From the NCBI GenBank assembly GCA_044440125.1, contig JBITAJ010000018.1, positions 96,001 through 160,000 on the forward strand: a DNA stretch of 64,000 nucleotides. Direction: 5' to 3'. The DNA comes from Sedimentisphaeraceae bacterium JB056 (GTDB taxonomy: Bacteria > Planctomycetota > Phycisphaerae > Sedimentisphaerales > Sedimentisphaeraceae). A program made the translations under genes and the position numbers. Every line of letters begins with the position of its first letter. Position 1 is the stretch's first letter. The notes under the pieces are model-generated. The model was given only the letters and a program-made list of their open reading frames with translations. It ran no database searches and was not told the origin of the DNA. Positions 8,710 to 18,685 of the stretch are shown one piece after another.

Positions 8710-9813
8710 GAACCCGGTGCAAGGCTTCTGATTGCTGATAATTTGCTAATAGACGGTAGTTTCGATGATGTTTACAGCAGTGGTTGCACTCCGATAGATA
8801 TAGCTGTTGGTGATTTTGCTACAAGTGTTCCCGGTGATGAATTTGCCGTGATATGGGATGAACCTGTTTCAAATATTGATGGTACTGATTATTATTCTAT
8901 CATTATTTATGATCAGGATGGTTTAGAGCTGGATCGTTGCGGACGCAGCAGTGATAAATGGCTTAAAATAACAGCGGGTAACTTTGTTTCTGATACCGGA
9001 TATATACTCATAAATGATAATTATGAAATAGCGGCTACTAAATATAACTCAGGTTACTACCCTATCTATATATTCAGGAAAGGGTTTAAGGATCCGGCGG
9101 TTACGCTTCAGTCAACAAATACAACCCAGTGGTCTGATATTACGGCAGGTAACTTCAAGACCGATGGTGATGATTATGATGAGGTTGCCGGTATAAAAAC
9201 AGGTTCAACTACTATAAATTATTACAAACCTACTGATACATCATGGTCTGATTCGACTACTTCTGTAGCGGTAGATACTTTTGCTATTGCCGGCGGCGAT
9301 TTTGATACGAATGCTTCGGGTGATGAGGTTGCCGGTATATCCAACACTCCGGTTAGTGGTAAAAGACCTGTCAGGCTTTATAAAGTTTCTGGTTCGGGAT
9401 ATTACAGTTCTGCCGCGACAAATCAGGATTATACTATAGCGGATATCGCCGCCGGTGATCTTGATTACAGCAGCGATGGCGATGAAATAGCTCTTGCAGG
9501 ATACTGGTATTATCATGTAAGTTTCTTTGCTCCGGGCAGTTCAGATTATTTTAAAACGTATGACAGCAGTATATTAGGAGTGAGGGCAAACGCAATTGAT
9601 GTTGGCAATCTTGTTGTTGATACTGCATTGACTGATTATGATAATGTGGAAAATTTTACATCCACAGACTACGGCAGTGAGATTGCTTCATGGGGTGAGC
9701 ATGTATTATTCCTGCCAAGTGCGGCTCAAACTACGAATATTCCTGTTTTCTGGATCAATACAAAGGAGAGTATGTCATATCGTCACTCAAAAACCGTGCC
9801 GATTGTTAGATAG
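7918..9813 (+). CDS. Secreted protein: signal peptide + module A + FG-GAP-like beta-propeller paralogous to the C-terminal half of 2276-5605
   Basis: GGAGA RBS and signal peptide. About six I-x-x-G-[DN]-[FL] repeats, most followed by (D)E-[IVF]-A. Shares YYSIIIYD.GLELDRCGRS and the C-terminal TVP[IV][VL]R with the first protein. Confidence 0.75.
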   Translation: MNNKIYLTILICLCVLASGVFAQMLLVESFDYESGYLNSCNGGAGWNGAWVENDSDGDAYVVDGLTFSDYSVSGNAAEIQMTDTSGSFKSTIAARYVGVDFPSSADDLWVSFLYKQPGAPLAANAGRMAEVRCEDLTFRMRAKNSDSQGIAVGYDNITTANGTVSIQDGNTYLIITKFEDVGDASGGSAKMWVINETGYDNIKSGGITETELDNNKVMSAVDAHSQQIFGTTERVLLMVYDNSGTDFSGIFDELKYGTTLADVAEPGARLLIADNLLIDGSFDDVYSSGCTPIDIAVGDFATSVPGDEFAVIWDEPVSNIDGTDYYSIIIYDQDGLELDRCGRSSDKWLKITAGNFVSDTGYILINDNYEIAATKYNSGYYPIYIFRKGFKDPAVTLQSTNTTQWSDITAGNFKTDGDDYDEVAGIKTGSTTINYYKPTDTSWSDSTTSVAVDTFAIAGGDFDTNASGDEVAGISNTPVSGKRPVRLYKVSGSGYYSSAATNQDYTIADIAAGDLDYSSDGDEIALAGYWYYHVSFFAPGSSDYFKTYDSSILGVRANAIDVGNLVVDTALTDYDNVENFTSTDYGSEIASWGEHVLFLPSAAQTTNIPVFWINTKESMSYRHSKTVPIVR

Positions 9814-9836
9814 TCTAACATAAATATGCATTATAT

Positions 9837-9875
9837 CAGGCCTTATTTGATTGTTTCATTTAAGGCCTGTTTTTT
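9837..9875 (+). terminator. Rho-independent terminator ending the secreted-protein cluster
   Basis: CAGGCCTTA...TAAGGCCTG followed by T6. Confidence 0.75.
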
Positions 9876-9964
9876 GTTAGGTCTTGTATTTTGTCTCTTA
9901 GATGTTATACTCTTTACCCTATTTATAGAAATATGTTTTATGAAATTCAGAATATATTGGGTGA

Positions 9965-10741
9965 ATGATGAGATTGAAGATTTTTGTTACTGTAATATCA
10001 ATAATAGCTGTTGCTCTGTGTGGTTGTGGACAAAAGCGTGAGATAAATATAACAAAAAGCAAATGTTATATGAACTATGACCGTGATGTATGCGGCCGAA
10101 GTGTTCAGGGTAGGGATATACATTCTTATGTATTTGGTTCTGGCCATCAGTCTATTTTATATATTGCATCGATTCACGGCACAGAGAGAGCCGGTACTCC
10201 TTTGATGGAGAAGTTCATTGAGTATCTGAGTCGTAATGCTGGCTGCGAACTTACACCTAACCAGAAAGTAATTGTAGTTCCCAAAATTAATCCTGATGGT
10301 TTTGATGCTAAAACACGCCATAATGCCAATAATATTGATTTAAATCGCAATTTCTCCGCTGAGAATAGGGAAAACAATCCAATTAATGGTCTTTGGGCGT
10401 TCTCTGAACCGGAGTCGAGAGCTATTGCTAATCTTATAGATATTTATAGACCGCAGGTTATACTTGTTTTCCATGAAGCGTTGAACTGCATTGACTATGA
10501 TGGTCCGGCAAAAGAATATGCCGAATATCTTGGTTTGCATACGGATATTCCTGTAAAAAAATTAGGCGCCAGACCGGGTTCACTTGGAGCATATGCGGGA
10601 GAAACGCTTGGTATAAAGACCATAACAGTTGAATTTCCTCCTGAAGTTCGTGGAAAAGATGGCGAATATATGTGGCAGAAGTATAATGATCTTGTTATAT
10701 CTGCCCTTGATCTTACTTCTGCTCAGTCACATATCAGATAG
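9965..10741 (+). CDS. M14 zinc carboxypeptidase, murein peptide amidase A (MpaA)-like lipoprotein
   Basis: Motifs IHGTE, NPDG, RHNANNIDLNRNF, SEPESRA and FHE; lipobox-like ALCGC. Confidence 0.8.
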   Translation: MMRLKIFVTVISIIAVALCGCGQKREINITKSKCYMNYDRDVCGRSVQGRDIHSYVFGSGHQSILYIASIHGTERAGTPLMEKFIEYLSRNAGCELTPNQKVIVVPKINPDGFDAKTRHNANNIDLNRNFSAENRENNPINGLWAFSEPESRAIANLIDIYRPQVILVFHEALNCIDYDGPAKEYAEYLGLHTDIPVKKLGARPGSLGAYAGETLGIKTITVEFPPEVRGKDGEYMWQKYNDLVISALDLTSAQSHIR

Positions 10742-10745
10742 GTTG

Positions 10746-11810
10746 TCATAAGGAATTGAGAAGTTTTACTATTTGCTGTGGTGTCATTTCGTTCATAGCT
10801 GCCCCCATTTTTATCGCTGCTTCGGGCATGCCGTAAACGATGCATGATTCTTTGTTTTGTACAATAGTCTGAGCACCTGAATCTTTTAGAAGTTTAAGAC
10901 CTTCTGCTCCATCATTTCCCATTCCTGTCATCAGTATGGCTATTACATTTTTGCCGTAGTTTTTCTGTAGAGACATGAAAAAGTGATCAACAGATGGGGT
11001 CGGTTTGATGGGGTTTGAAATTGGTACAATACTGAATGATTCATCAGTATTAACAATTGTATTGCTTCCTCCGGGTGCGACATAAACATTGCCGCCTGAT
11101 ATCTTCATGCCGGTTTTAATTTTATGAACAGGCAGAATGCTTTGGCTTGACAGCCAGGAGACCATTGAGTCTGTGAAGTCCTTGGAAATATGCTGTATGA
11201 GGCATATAGGATGACTGAATTCTTTCTTTATTTCACTAAGAATGGCGCCAATTAGTGGCGGACCACCGGTTGAAACACCTATAGCTACGACTGTTTGTTT
11301 TTTCTTTTGGTTTGTTAAAGAAGCAATTTTTTCAATTTCAGCCAAGTTTTCTGTATTGCTGTTATTGTTTTTGATATTTTTGAAAAACCTGTTCATCCTT
11401 CTTGTTACCACCTTGACTTCTGACATGCAGATGATGGTATCAATAAGATTTTTTTTCTGTTTTTCATATTCTAATGACTGTGGATTTATATTCTCAATTG
11501 CGGCAAGAGCTCCTGATGCAATCGCTTTATTTTCTATTTGAGTATCTGATAAATCTGATACCATAACGATTGGGGTTGCCAATGTTTCAAGTATATGGGC
11601 AGTAGCCTGATAGCCATCCATATCAGATAATTCTGGGCCCATAATTATTATATCTGCGCATAGAGCTTTCGTTTGTGCTGCAGCATCTTTACCTTTTCTA
11701 AACTCGCTTACAACTGTCATTAAATCTGATTCTTCAAGAATGCTTCTGTATCGAAGCCTTCTTTCCTGTGAACCATCTACTATAATTACACGTATTTTTT
11801 TGTTTGCCAT
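10746..11810 (-). CDS. cheB: Chemotaxis methylesterase CheB with degenerate receiver domain
   Basis: Catalytic triad motifs GVSTGGP, QHI and TGMGNDGAEG; PSVD; ESCIVYGMP. The N-terminal REC lacks the phospho-Asp. Confidence 0.92.
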   Translation of the reverse strand: MANKKIRVIIVDGSQERRLRYRSILEESDLMTVVSEFRKGKDAAAQTKALCADIIIMGPELSDMDGYQATAHILETLATPIVMVSDLSDTQIENKAIASGALAAIENINPQSLEYEKQKKNLIDTIICMSEVKVVTRRMNRFFKNIKNNNSNTENLAEIEKIASLTNQKKKQTVVAIGVSTGGPPLIGAILSEIKKEFSHPICLIQHISKDFTDSMVSWLSSQSILPVHKIKTGMKISGGNVYVAPGGSNTIVNTDESFSIVPISNPIKPTPSVDHFFMSLQKNYGKNVIAILMTGMGNDGAEGLKLLKDSGAQTIVQNKESCIVYGMPEAAIKMGAAMNEMTPQQIVKLLNSL

Positions 11811-11821
11811 AATCAATGTTG

Positions 11822-14185
11822 CTAAATAAGTCGGTTTACTGTTTCAAGTAGATTATTTTGGTCAAAATTACCTTTTGTTATATATGCATTGGCACCGGCA
11901 TCTATGCCTTTTTCCATATCTTCACGCTTGCTAAGTGTTGTGCATAATATTACAGGTATATCGTCGAATTTTTTATGCTTTCTGATTTTCTTTGTGAGCT
12001 CAAATCCGGACAGCCTTGGCATCTCAATGTCGCTGACAACCAGGGAAAAATCGCCTTCATTAAGCATTTCGTATCCTTGTTGGCCGTCAACAGCGGAACT
12101 GACATTAAAGCCCGCTGCTTCGAGAATATTAACTATAAGCATCCTTGTGGTTATAGAATCTTCCACAACGAGTACACTTTTTCTGTCATCTGAGACTTTG
12201 TTATTGATATTTATAGTACTTTGGCTTTCGAGTACGTCTTTGATGATGTCTCTTGTATTTAGAACTGGCACTATTTGAGATGTTCCTATTATTGCAGCTC
12301 CCGAAACATTTCGGACCTTTCTTAATACAGAACCTAATGTTTTGACTGTCATTTCCATTTGTGCAATTATTTTATCAACGGTTATAACAGCTTGGTTGCC
12401 GCCATTACTCAATATCAGTCCACAAAGAGGCTTATCTTCAATAGGTTTTTTTGTTTTGTTTAGCATTGACTCAAGACTTACAACGGGTATGGTCTTGCTG
12501 TTATGCAGCCATGTGGAGTGGCCGTTGAGAGAGCTTATATCCGATGGTGCTATCAGGCAAACATGTTTTATGAATGTTATAGGTATTGCATATTGTCTGG
12601 AATCTGATTCAACCAGTACCCCTTTGAAAGATGACATTGAAATGGGGATCTCAATTATAAAGGAGCTTCCTTCGCCAGGTCTGTTTTCTATCCTGATAGT
12701 ACCGCCGATATTTTCAACCGTATCTCTGACTATGCTCATCCCAAGACCGCGTCCGGAGATTGATGTGATGATTTTACTTGTAGAAAAGCCCGATTGGAAT
12801 ATGCTGGTTAAAACTTCCTGATCGCTTATCTGGTTTGCTTGTTCTGCAGACAAGTTCTTTTTTTCGACAAGTTTTCGCCTGATTTTGTCAGCATCGATTC
12901 CGCTTCCATTGTCAGATACGATAATCTCAACTTTCTTTCCCGTTGACAAGGAAGCTGATAGTTTTATGGTACCTTTTAATGGTTTCCCCAACCCTTTTCG
13001 TTTATATGGCGTTTCGATTCCGTGGTCTGCAGCGTTTCTAAGTAGATGGATTAGTGGATAGTTGAGTTCTTCCAGTATTCTGCGGTCAATCTCTATATCA
13101 GCACCTTCTATTATAAACTCAAAATCCTTGCCTGTTTCTCTTGCTACATCACGCATCATTCTTGGATATACATTTACAACGGAAGAGAAAGGTTGAAGGG
13201 CAATATCGCGTACGTTCTCGAGATTCTCATTTATAAGTCTATGAATATCATAGTTATTTGTGACAGACCTTTTTTTATGAGTTAAAACTTGATAATCAAG
13301 ATATTTTATTCGTTGAGTAACTTCATCGCAGAGATCTTTTAATATCATAATGCGTTCGTCAATATCCTCTTGATTGCTGTCATAGCCATCAAGGCGTTTT
13401 ATTACCGAGTATAGGTAATTAAGCTTATCTGATAGGGGTTTGCTTAATTTGATAGCTGCATTTATCTCATCACTGAGGGTATCAAGAGACTTTGTATGTT
13501 CATTAAGTATTGATCTTACAGATGAACTCTCTTCTATACTGAACATCAGATTATCAAGTTTTTCACTGCTTATTCTGACAGACGATTGTTTTTTGATATT
13601 CTTCTTGTCTTTAATTTGAGGTTGTTGCTTCACTGCGTCAGTTGGTTCTTCTGCAGTGATTTCTTTCTCCGAATTTAAATTATTTTTTTCAACAGTATCT
13701 GGTTCTGAAGTAATTTCATTGCTTATTGTCTCTGCTGTCCGATGCTCTGCCTTTATTTCTTTTTGGGGCTTAGATGATGCCTCTTTTTTATTATCAAGGT
13801 GTTCGTTTATCTTCTCGCGTATATCATCTATTTTGTCGGCTTTGCCAATATTGTCGGTATCTTCAATATAATCGTTGACAAGATCAAAACCCTTTTGGAA
13901 TATATCTGCGATATCGCTGTCAAAATTTAACTTTTTATTTTTTAACATTTCAAACACTTCTTCGACTGATTGGAAGAAATATTCAATTGTTTGCAAACTG
14001 ACTGATCTTGAAGCTCCCTTAAGGCTGTGAGCATCTCGAAACAATACTTCAAGGACGCTTTCGACATCTCTTTCTGTATCAGGTTGTTCTAACTTAAGAA
14101 GTTCATTCCCCATTGATCGAAGGCGTTCCTCGGCTTCAAGCCGAAAAGCGTCTCTTAGTTTGTTCAGGAGTTCCTTGTTTTCCAT
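11822..14185 (-). CDS. cheA: CheA-like hybrid kinase (HPt-HATPase-CheW-REC), WspE/ACF type
   Basis: HPt FRDAHSLKGAS; HLLRNAADHGIE; SGFST, SGRGLGM; C-terminal REC VVEDS...SDIEMP. Confidence 0.93.
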   Translation of the reverse strand: MENKELLNKLRDAFRLEAEERLRSMGNELLKLEQPDTERDVESVLEVLFRDAHSLKGASRSVSLQTIEYFFQSVEEVFEMLKNKKLNFDSDIADIFQKGFDLVNDYIEDTDNIGKADKIDDIREKINEHLDNKKEASSKPQKEIKAEHRTAETISNEITSEPDTVEKNNLNSEKEITAEEPTDAVKQQPQIKDKKNIKKQSSVRISSEKLDNLMFSIEESSSVRSILNEHTKSLDTLSDEINAAIKLSKPLSDKLNYLYSVIKRLDGYDSNQEDIDERIMILKDLCDEVTQRIKYLDYQVLTHKKRSVTNNYDIHRLINENLENVRDIALQPFSSVVNVYPRMMRDVARETGKDFEFIIEGADIEIDRRILEELNYPLIHLLRNAADHGIETPYKRKGLGKPLKGTIKLSASLSTGKKVEIIVSDNGSGIDADKIRRKLVEKKNLSAEQANQISDQEVLTSIFQSGFSTSKIITSISGRGLGMSIVRDTVENIGGTIRIENRPGEGSSFIIEIPISMSSFKGVLVESDSRQYAIPITFIKHVCLIAPSDISSLNGHSTWLHNSKTIPVVSLESMLNKTKKPIEDKPLCGLILSNGGNQAVITVDKIIAQMEMTVKTLGSVLRKVRNVSGAAIIGTSQIVPVLNTRDIIKDVLESQSTININNKVSDDRKSVLVVEDSITTRMLIVNILEAAGFNVSSAVDGQQGYEMLNEGDFSLVVSDIEMPRLSGFELTKKIRKHKKFDDIPVILCTTLSKREDMEKGIDAGANAYITKGNFDQNNLLETVNRLI

Positions 14186-14228
14186 TTTAAGAATTCACAA
14201 ATGACAATAAGACTAAATTTAGTTAATA

Positions 14229-16160
14229 TTAAACTTTGAATTCAGATGTAAGGGTCTTGACTTTTTCGCCAAGTCCACGTATGGAAGTAGCGGCTTCTTC
14301 AAGTTGCATAATGCCTTCAAGGTTTTGATCTGTCGCTTCTTTGATATTTTGAAGTGCTACAGAAAGTTGCTCGATTCCTACTAACTGCTGCTTGCTTGAA
14401 GCTGATATTTGAGATGCCGCTCTTGCTGATTCGCTTATATTCTGTTCAAGGGTTCTTATGGCCGATCCTGTGGACTGTGAAAGTTCTACGCCGCTGTCAA
14501 CGGCCTTAGCGCCTCTTTCGGTAGCCATAACAGCGTCAGCTGTTGCCTTTTGTATTTCATCAAGTATTTGGCGGACTTGTTTTGTTGATCCTTTTGATTG
14601 TTCGGCAAGTGATTTGACTTCCTGTGCAACAACAGAGAAGCCTTTGCCGAATTCACCGGCTTTTGCTGCTTCAATAGCTGCGTTAACCGAAAGAAGATTG
14701 GATTGTTCTGCAATATTACTGACGGCATCAATTATCTCTGCTATGCTTTGTGACTGATTACTGAGTTTGACTATCGAATCTGCCAATATCGTCATTTCTT
14801 CTTTGATATTGCTTATTCCTTCAATAGTTTTCATTGTAGAAGAGAAACCTTCTTTTGAGATACTGTCAACTTGTTTAGATTTATCGGCAACGTCAATTGC
14901 TTTGTCAGACGCGACCTGTGATGTTTGCTTAACCTCTTCCATTGTTGTTGATATCTCACTTATTGCGGAAGATGTTTCGGTGGAATTTGTTGAAAGTTGA
15001 GATATTGTTGCCGATATCTGAGCCAGAGCACTTGATAGCTCCAGTGATGTCTTTTGCTGTGTCGTTACCTGTATCCTGAAGCTGTCAAGCATATCGTTAA
15101 ATGCTTGCATGAGCTTGCCTATTTCATTCTTGTGAGATATGTCTATTTTTTCAACAGTAAGGTCACCTTGTGACATTATCTGGAATTTTTCAGTAAGCTC
15201 AACTATTGGTTTTGCAAAGCTGTTGGAAATCACTATGGCTGCGATTATTGCAATGATACACATAAATAAGCCTACTTTGAGATTTTTTAATATTATTGCA
15301 TTAATCTCGGCATTTATTTTTTCTTTATCAAATTCTGCAATCATAAACCAGCTTAATCCGAGTGGCTTTCCAAAATCCAAATGTATATAGAATTTGTTGT
15401 TGAGCTCTACAGTGTCAACAGAGGAAGATTCCATCTCATTTAGAACATTGCCTATAAGATCATTTGAGGCTTTTTTATAGGTAGATGCTATTACAGTATT
15501 AGTGTTATCTATAATATATATTTTTTCTTCTAATGTCTCACTTAATCCTTCTGTGATAATATGATTGACAAGATGATTGTTAATTGCAATCAAGAGTACA
15601 TTGCTGTTGCTCTTAAGCCCATTGCAAGGGGACGCAAGATACATGCACTTATCTTTAATTAAATCAGTGCTCACAAAGTTCGTATATTCAGTTTTGTTGC
15701 TTTTTAACGTTTTTTTACATGCTTCTTCAATTTCCGGTATGTTGAGTAGTGACGTTACTTCTGATTTTTTGAGCCCATACATGTAGGACGCTTCTTTAGT
15801 TGATGTATCAACTATAGACATTGCTGTAAAGTTTAAAGTAGAAGCAACTTTGGTCAAAAAAACATTTGCTGATGTTTTTAATGCATCCTTTTCGCTCTGG
15901 GTGGTAGTGTTTTGCATATGGTCGAGAAAGTTGTTTTGAGTCCAGCTTATTAAGCTGGCATCCTTGCTCAGGTCTGTCAGCGTTTCTATTATCTCATCGG
16001 TTTTTATGTCCAATTCCGATTTTAATTTGTTTTCTACGTCTGCTTTAAGAGCTTTGCTAAGTTCAAGCGTATTTATAATAGTGGTTGTTGCCATTGGTAT
16101 TATAGCGACAAGTAAAAGTATCAATATTAATCTGTTTCGTATTTTTTGGTTAAATTGCAT
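14229..16160 (-). CDS. Methyl-accepting chemotaxis protein (2 TM, periplasmic sensor, HAMP, MA domain)
   Basis: [40 protein letters not shown] hairpin; HAMP GDLT...[13 protein letters not shown]. Confidence 0.94.
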   Translation of the reverse strand: MQFNQKIRNRLILILLLVAIIPMATTTIINTLELSKALKADVENKLKSELDIKTDEIIETLTDLSKDASLISWTQNNFLDHMQNTTTQSEKDALKTSANVFLTKVASTLNFTAMSIVDTSTKEASYMYGLKKSEVTSLLNIPEIEEACKKTLKSNKTEYTNFVSTDLIKDKCMYLASPCNGLKSNSNVLLIAINNHLVNHIITEGLSETLEEKIYIIDNTNTVIASTYKKASNDLIGNVLNEMESSSVDTVELNNKFYIHLDFGKPLGLSWFMIAEFDKEKINAEINAIILKNLKVGLFMCIIAIIAAIVISNSFAKPIVELTEKFQIMSQGDLTVEKIDISHKNEIGKLMQAFNDMLDSFRIQVTTQQKTSLELSSALAQISATISQLSTNSTETSSAISEISTTMEEVKQTSQVASDKAIDVADKSKQVDSISKEGFSSTMKTIEGISNIKEEMTILADSIVKLSNQSQSIAEIIDAVSNIAEQSNLLSVNAAIEAAKAGEFGKGFSVVAQEVKSLAEQSKGSTKQVRQILDEIQKATADAVMATERGAKAVDSGVELSQSTGSAIRTLEQNISESARAASQISASSKQQLVGIEQLSVALQNIKEATDQNLEGIMQLEEAATSIRGLGEKVKTLTSEFKV

Positions 16161-16194
16161 GCTAAAACTCCATATGCTATTAATGTTTTCTAAT

Positions 16195-16716
16195 TCAATT
16201 TATATCTACAATTAATGTTTCATCTGACAGTATTTTCTTTATATCAAATAGGATTATACCGTCAGTCGTTATTGCTTTTATCCAGCCTTTTTTATTCATT
16301 TTTTCCAGGTTGGCTGTGTTATTTTGTATTTCCGATTCGAATAGCTGCTTATTTGACTCTATCTTATCAACATAAAAAGCAAACTCTATCTCGCTATTGC
16401 CTGCAACGATAATTGTTGAGTGTTCATTTGTCTGAACAGAACTGATTCCGTTAAGTGATGCAAAGTTGATTACAGCTACTATTTTGCCGCGTATACTTGA
16501 AATTCCAAGTACATGTGGTGGTGTGCATGGAATGGGAAAGCATCTTGCTGTCTTGGTTATATTGATTACGTATTGACTGTCTATTCCATATAATTGCCCG
16601 TTAATTTTGAATAAAACGGCATTCATGAATTGCTTTGAGTCAGAAATTTCATCGTGTTTTCGTAATGCTAATTTTCTGGCGCGTTCTTTTAGAATATCGT
16701 TTTTATCAACACTCAT
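16195..16716 (-). CDS. cheW: CheW coupling protein
   Basis: [11 protein letters not shown]-terminus; [31 protein letters not shown] before ATG 16716. Confidence 0.88.
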   Translation of the reverse strand: MSVDKNDILKERARKLALRKHDEISDSKQFMNAVLFKINGQLYGIDSQYVINITKTARCFPIPCTPPHVLGISSIRGKIVAVINFASLNGISSVQTNEHSTIIVAGNSEIEFAFYVDKIESNKQLFESEIQNNTANLEKMNKKGWIKAITTDGIILFDIKKILSDETLIVDIN

Positions 16717-18205
16717 AGTTTTCTCCAATATTACAACAATTCTGGACGAAAAGTTTCAAGTCTTGTTTTGTCAGATCGCGTGTGCCTGAGATTATTTCAT
16801 CATCGTTAAGCCTCTGAGATAATTTAATTGCTACTTGCAGTTTCTTTTCTGCTGATTTTTTGTCACTTTTTAACAGCATTGTTCCCAGAGAGAAGTAAGC
16901 TGCAATATGGTCTGGGGATAAAAATAAAACCTGTTCAAAGCTCTTTTTAGCCTGATCGTTTCTATTCATTGCATTGAGTATGACAGCTTTCTGATAGATA
17001 ATGTCAGTATTTAGCTTGTCTTCTTTTAATGCTGTTTCAATGCATTTCAAAGCATTTTTGAATTGTCCACAGTCTGCGAGTTTTATTGCCAGCTCAAGAT
17101 ATTCGCCGCTTTTGATTTTTATGTTCTTAGCAGTGGTTAGTTTTGATACGGCATCTTCATATTTACCCGAAATCAAAAGGTCAATTATTTCCTTAAGAGA
17201 ACTATGGTTGCTAATATTTTCATTGTTTTTTTTCTCAGCAGAAAGCTTCTTAAGATTGTTTTGTGAAATTTGATAATCAAACTTCTTTTCTGATGATATA
17301 GTTGGAGTTTTTATAGGTGTAGTGTCTACAGAAAGATGTTCTACTGCAGATATGAATAGATCTTCTGAATATAAAGTGTTATTTCTTTTCCTGAAAAAAA
17401 ATAGACCATTATCCTGCACTAACTCAAGATTTGTATCGTTTATTAAAGGAACTTCTGATGGGGCGGTTATTAGCCAGCCGCCAGGTTTCAGAATATTTAA
17501 CAATCGTTCTGTGATCTTGTCGATTTGACTCTGGCTGAAATAGATAAGTACATTACGGCAGAATATTATATCAAGATCATTAAACGGGTACGTTGAGTTA
17601 TGCAGATTGATATTTTGAAAATCAACTATGTTTCTAATTTTGGCAGTCAGTTTGTGATTTTCATTTGGCGCTTTTGTGAAATATTTTTCCAGGTATTTTG
17701 GAGGCATTTCACGGAAAGACCATTCTGTATATTCAGCATTTTTTGCTTGCTTAAGGAAATCGTTGTTTATATCAGAGCCGGTTATTGATACCTGATTTTT
17801 CAAAGTTAGCCCCAATTCATCAAGAACCATTGCGATAGTGTATGGTTCTTGACCGCAAGAACATCCGGCACACCAGACCTTGATCTTTTTGCTGCCGCGC
17901 TTTGTAATATCAGGTATTATCTTGTTTTTGAGTGAGACAAAAGTTTTGTAGTGTCGGAAGAAGTATGATTCTCCAATAGTCAAATGCTTGGCAAATTCCT
18001 CTATATGTGACGAATCAGATGTTTCAAGCAGCCAATTGGCATATTCATCTATGTTTTTGAACCCTGCATCTTCTGCGATATTATTTAGTATTTCAACTAA
18101 ATGTTTCTCGCGTATTTTGGAAAAGGTAGCCCCAAGTTCATCTTCAATATGCCTTATAAGTACATTATATGAGGAATTTGATGTTATTTGCTGTTTGGTG
18201 TTCAT
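16706..18205 (-). CDS. cheR: CheR methyltransferase with C-terminal TPR repeats (WspC type)
   Basis: Motifs TIGESYFFR, VWCAGCSCGQEPYTIAM and DIIFCRNVLIYF; TPR-like AKKSFEQVLFLSPDHIAAYFSLG. Confidence 0.92.
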   Translation of the reverse strand: MNTKQQITSNSSYNVLIRHIEDELGATFSKIREKHLVEILNNIAEDAGFKNIDEYANWLLETSDSSHIEEFAKHLTIGESYFFRHYKTFVSLKNKIIPDITKRGSKKIKVWCAGCSCGQEPYTIAMVLDELGLTLKNQVSITGSDINNDFLKQAKNAEYTEWSFREMPPKYLEKYFTKAPNENHKLTAKIRNIVDFQNINLHNSTYPFNDLDIIFCRNVLIYFSQSQIDKITERLLNILKPGGWLITAPSEVPLINDTNLELVQDNGLFFFRKRNNTLYSEDLFISAVEHLSVDTTPIKTPTISSEKKFDYQISQNNLKKLSAEKKNNENISNHSSLKEIIDLLISGKYEDAVSKLTTAKNIKIKSGEYLELAIKLADCGQFKNALKCIETALKEDKLNTDIIYQKAVILNAMNRNDQAKKSFEQVLFLSPDHIAAYFSLGTMLLKSDKKSAEKKLQVAIKLSQRLNDDEIISGTRDLTKQDLKLFVQNCCNIGENYEC

Positions 18206-18208
18206 CTG

Positions 18209-18667
18209 TTAATTGCTTTGAGCTTCTTTGTCTTCAATGAAGTCCAACATTTCTTTTGACAGTATGGTTTCGATAGCCAATTCTATTACGATTTGATTGT
18301 TTATTATTACTGCATCTTCAACTAGCTCAGGTTTAATCTTTATCTGTTCGAAGACCGAATTGCTTTTTTTATACTGATTGGCTATTTCAGGCAGACTGTT
18401 GCAGGCAATAGCAGCTAAATGATTATTGCAGTTAAATATAATAAGAAAATCACTTTGTTTGATCGAGGTTTTGGTTTTGTCGGTAATATATCCGATATCT
18501 ACTACAGGAAGGATTTGTCCGCCGTAGTTTGCAAGCCCCAACAAAGATGAAGGCATTTCTGGATATATCACAAGCTCTACAGCCTGAATCACTCTATGCA
18601 CAAAAAGTGTGTTCAGTGCGAATTTTCCGGATATAACGTCAAATGCTAATAGATCTTTACTGCTCAT
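18209..18667 (-). CDS. cheW: Second CheW coupling protein
   Basis: PEMPSSLLGLANYGGQILPVVDI; position within the che operon. Confidence 0.8.
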   Translation of the reverse strand: MSSKDLLAFDVISGKFALNTLFVHRVIQAVELVIYPEMPSSLLGLANYGGQILPVVDIGYITDKTKTSIKQSDFLIIFNCNNHLAAIACNSLPEIANQYKKSNSVFEQIKIKPELVEDAVIINNQIVIELAIETILSKEMLDFIEDKEAQSN

Positions 18668-18685
18668 ATTATAACCGCAAAGTTG

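Noticed and set aside
9826..10041. 71-aa hydrophobic ORF
   Set aside because: It runs through the terminator and promoter and overlaps the peptidase start; no RBS.
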